Shown here: piece after piece, positions 8,840-12,000 of the stretch
Numbering within the stretch: the first letter of the stretch is position 1
Layout of the letters: every line of letters begins with the position of its first letter
Assembly: GCA_964016885.1 (NCBI GenBank)
Contig: CAXHJY010000698.1
Coordinates: 1-12,000 of the forward strand
Source of the DNA: Eledone cirrhosa
Lineage: Eukaryota
Length of the DNA: 12,000 bases
Direction of reading: 5' to 3'
Translations under genes and position numbers: made by a program
Notes under the pieces: model-generated
What the model was told of the DNA's origin: nothing
The model's input: the letters and a program-made list of their open reading frames with translations, nothing else
Database searches by the model: none

Positions 8840-11460
8840 GTGTTAGTGTGTAGGTAGGTGTTAGTGTGTGTAGGTAGGTGGTAGTGTGTAGGTAGGTGGT
8901 AGTGTGTGTAGGTAGGTGGTAGTGTGTAGGTAGGTGGTAGGGTGTAGGTAGGTGGTAGTGTGTAGGTAGGTGGTAGTGTGTAGGTAGGTGGTAGTGTGTA
9001 GGTAGGTGGTAGTGTGTGTAGGTAGGTGGTAGTGTGTAGGTAGGTGGTAGTGTGTAGGTAGGTGGTAGTGTGTAGGTAGGTGGTAGTGTGTAGGTAGGTG
9101 GTAGTGTGTGTAGGTAGGTGGTAGTGTGTAGGTAGGTGTTAGTGTGTGTAGGTAGGTGGTTAGTGTGTAGGTAGGTGGTAGTGTGTAGGTAGGTGGTAGT
9201 GTGTAGGTAGGTGGTAGTGTGTAGGTAGGTGTTAGTGTGTAGGTAGGTGGTAGTGTGTAGGTAGGTGGTTAGTGTGTAGGTAGGTGGTAGTGTGTAGGTA
9301 GGTGTAGTGTGTAGGTAGGTGGTAGTGTGTGTAGGTAGGTGGTAGTGTGTAGGTAGGTGGTAGTGTGTAGGTAGGTGTTAGTGTGTAGGTAGGTGTTAGT
9401 GTGTGTAGGTAGGTGTTAGTGTGTAGGTAGGTGGTAGTGTGTAGGTAGGTGGTAGTGTGTAGGTAGGTGGTAGTGTGTAGGTAGGTGGTAGTGTGTGTAG
9501 GTAGGTGTTAGTGTGTACGGTAGGTGTTAGTGTGTGTAGGTAGGTGTTAGTGTGTAGGTAGGTGGTAGTGTCTAGGTAGGTGGTAGTGTGTAGGTAGGTG
9601 GTAGTGTGTAGGTAGGTGTTAGTGTGTAGGTAAGTGTTAGTGTGTAGGTAGGTGTTAGTGTGTAGGTAGGTGGTAGTGTGTAGGTAGGTGGTAGTGTGTA
9701 GGTAGGTGTTAGTGTGTAGGTAAGTGGTAGTGTGTAGGTAGGTAGTAGTGTGTAGGTAGGTGGTAGTGTGTAGGTAGGTGTTAGTGTGTAGGTAGGTGTT
9801 AGTGTGTAGGTAGGTGTTAGTGTGTAGGTAGGTGTTAGTGTGTGTAGGTAGATGTTAGTGTGTAGGTAGGTGTTAGTGTGTGTAGGTAGGTGTTAGTGTG
9901 TAGGTAGGTGGTAGTGTGCTAGGTAGGTGGTAGTGTGTAGGTAGGTGGTAGTGTGTAGGTAGGTGTTAGTGTGTAGGTAGGTGTTAGTGTGTGTAGGTAG
10001 GTGTTAGTGTGTAGGTAGGTGGTAGTGTGTAGGTAGGTGGTAGTGTGTAGGTAGGTGGTAGTGTGTAGGTAGGTGGTAGTGTGTGTAGGTAGGTGGTAGT
10101 GTGTAGGTAGGTGTTAGTGTGTGTAGGTAGGTGTTAGTGTGTAGGTAGGTGGTAGTGTCTAGGTAGGTGGTAGTGTGTAGGTAGGTGGTAGTGTGTAGGT
10201 AGGTGTTAGTGTGTAGGTAAGTGGTAGTGTGTAGGTAGGTGTTAGTGTGTAGGTAGGTGGTAGTGTGTAGGTAGGTGGTAGTGTGTAGGTAGGTGGTAGT
10301 GTGTAGGTAGGTGGTAGTGTGTAGGTAGGTGTAGTGTGTAGGTAGGTGGTAGTGTGTAGGTAGGTGGTAGTGTGTAGGTAGGTGGTAGTGTGTAGGTAGG
10401 TGGTAGTGTGTAGGTAGGTGTTAGTGTGTAGGTAGGTGTTAGTGTGTAGGTAGGTGTTAGTGTGTGTAGGTAGGTGGTAGTGTGTAGGTAGGTGGTAGTG
10501 TGTAGGTAGGTGGTAGTGTGTAGGTAGGTGGTAGTGTGTAGGTAGGTGGTAGTGTGTAGGTAGGTGGTAGTGTGTAGGTAGGTGTTAGTGTGTAGGTAGG
10601 TGGTAGTGTGTGTAGGTAGGTGGTAGTGTGTAGGTAGGTGGTAGTGTGTAGGTAGGTGGTAGTGTGTAGGTAGGTGGTAGTGTGTAGGTAGGTGGTAGTG
10701 TGTAGGTAGGTGGTAGTGTGTAGGTAGGTGGTAGTGTGTAGGTAGGTGGTAGTGTGTAGGTAGGTGTTAGTGTGTAGGTAGGTGGTAGTGTGTAGGTAGG
10801 TGTTAGGTGTGTAGGTAGGTGGTAGTGTGTAGGTAGGTGGTAGTGTGTAGGTAGGTGGTAGTGTGTAGGTAGGTGGTAGTGTGTAGGTAGGTGGTAGTGT
10901 GTAGGTAGGTGTTAGTGTGTAGGTAGGTGTTAGTGTGTGTAGGTAGGTGTTAGTGTGTAGGTAGGTGGTAGTGTGTAGGTAGGTGGTAGTGTGTAGGTAG
11001 GTGGTAGTGTGTAGGTAGGTGGTAGTGTGTGTTGGTAGGTGGTTAGTGTGTAGGTAGGTGGTAGTGTGTAGGTAGGTGGTAGTGTGTAGGTAGGTGGTAG
11101 TGTGTAGGTAGGTGGTAGTGTGTAGGTAGGTGGTAGTGTGTAGGTAGGTGTTAGTGTGTAGGTAGGTGGTTGTGTGTAGGTAGGTGGTAGTGTGTAGGTA
11201 GGGTGGTAGTGTGTAGGTAGGTGGTAGTGTGTAGGTAGGTGGTAGTGTGTGTAGGTAGGTGGTAGTGTGTAGGTAGGTGGTAGTGTGTGTAGGTAGGTGG
11301 TAGTGTGTAGGTAGGTGGTAGTGTGTAGGTAGGTGGTAGTGTGTAGGTAGGTGGTAGTGTGTAGGTAGGTGTAGTGTGTAGGTAGGTGGTTAGTGTGTAG
11401 GTAGGTGGTAGTGTGTGTAGGTAGGTGTTAGTGTGTAGGTAGGTGTTAGTGTGTGTAGGT
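8840..11460. repeat. Variant sub-domain rich in GTGTTAG units (right block)
   Basis: GTGTTAG units are frequent from about 8840 and densest at 9370-10245. The rare GTAAG (about 9630, 9720, 10217), GTAGATG (about 9848) and TCTAGG (9571, 10158) variants lie here. Confidence 0.8.
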
Positions 11461-12000
11461 AGGTGGTAGTGTGTAGGTAGGTGGTAGTGTGTAGGTAGGT
11501 GGTAGTGTGTAGGTAGGTGGTTGTGTGGTAGGTAGGTGGTAGTGGTGTAGGTAGGTGGTGTGTGTGTAGGTAGGTGGTAGTGTGTAGGTAGGTGGTAGTG
11601 TTGTAGGTAGGTGTTAGTGTGTGTAGGGTAGGTGGTTGTGTGTAGGTAGGTTGTAGTGTGTAGGTAGGTGGTAGTGTGTAGGTAGGTTGGTAGTGTGTGT
11701 AGGTAGGTGGTAGTGTGTAGGTAGGTGGTAGTGTGTGTAGGTAGGTGGTAGTGTGTGTAGGGTAGGTGGTAGTGTGTAGGTAGGTTGTAGTGTGTGTAGG
11801 TAGGTGTAGTGTGTAGGTAGGTGGTAGTGTGTGTAGGTAGGTGTAGTGTGTAGGTAGGGTGGTAGTGGTGTGGTAGGGTAGGTGTTAGTGGTGTAGGTAG
11901 GTTGTAGTGTGTGTAGGTAGGTGGTAGTGTGTAGGTAGGTGGTAGTGTGTGTAGGTAGGTGGTAGTGTGTAGGTAGGTGGTAGTGGTGTAGGTAGGTTGT

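Larger units (their letters stand above)
1..12000. repeat. Tandem minisatellite/satellite array, 18-bp consensus GTAGGTAGGTGGTAGTGT with a frequent 20-bp variant (GTAGGTAGGTGGTAGTGTGT), about 640-650 copies, truncated at both window edges
   Basis: The unit is directly readable throughout, for example the runs of perfect 18-mers at about 1120-1268, 7640-7800 and 10620-10760. All units are head-to-tail on the same strand, with no inversion and no unique spacer. Copy number is estimated as 12000 divided by about 18.5. Confidence 0.99.

Noticed and set aside
1-12000. CRISPR array
   Set aside because: Repeats are directly adjacent with no unique spacers, the unit is 18-20 bp and non-palindromic, and there is no leader or cas gene.
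1-12000. Canonical telomere repeat (TTAGGG, TTAGG, TTTAGGG, TAGGG or TG1-3)
   Set aside because: None of these occurs in tandem. TTAG is nearly always followed by T, and GGG is rare and sporadic.
1-12000. Chi site (GCTGGTGG) or classical minisatellite core GGGCAGGAXG
   Set aside because: Only the GGTGG sub-motif matches, and the full motifs need C residues that are absent.
1-12000. Shine-Dalgarno-like AGGT/AGGTGG followed by GTG starts on the + strand
   Set aside because: Every + frame hits TAG within about one unit, so the motif is a by-product of the repeat.
1-12000. Hairpins, terminators, tRNA/rRNA or other structured RNA, and terminal inverted repeats
   Set aside because: With almost no C and little A on the + strand, stable Watson-Crick stems cannot form, and no inverted copy of the unit is present.
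1-12000. Bisulfite-converted or synthetic sequence as the reason for the lack of C
   Set aside because: It cannot be fully excluded, but a few non-CpG C residues remain and the variants show nested duplication history typical of a natural array.
1-12000. Z-DNA-forming (GT)n tract
   Set aside because: Alternating purine-pyrimidine runs are only about 7-9 bp and are interrupted in each unit.

Overview
The whole 12 kb window is one uninterrupted tandem repeat (minisatellite or satellite-type array) that runs off both ends. The consensus unit is 18 bp, GTAGGTAGGTGGTAGTGT (reverse complement ACACTACCACCTACCTAC). It is interspersed with a common 20-bp variant carrying one extra GT, giving roughly 640-650 copies (estimated from length). 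The + strand is about 50% G, 33% T and 17% A, and I count only about 12 C in 12 kb. No gene, RNA gene, CRISPR array, mobile element or unique sequence is supportable. The information lies in the variant units: they form positional domains, short higher-order repeats and a possible duplication about 7 kb apart. A left-to-right rise in 1-bp indels may be a sequencing or consensus artefact. The organism cannot be determined. An array of this length is most typical of a eukaryotic genome, which is an inference. I found no evidence for a novel protein-coding system.
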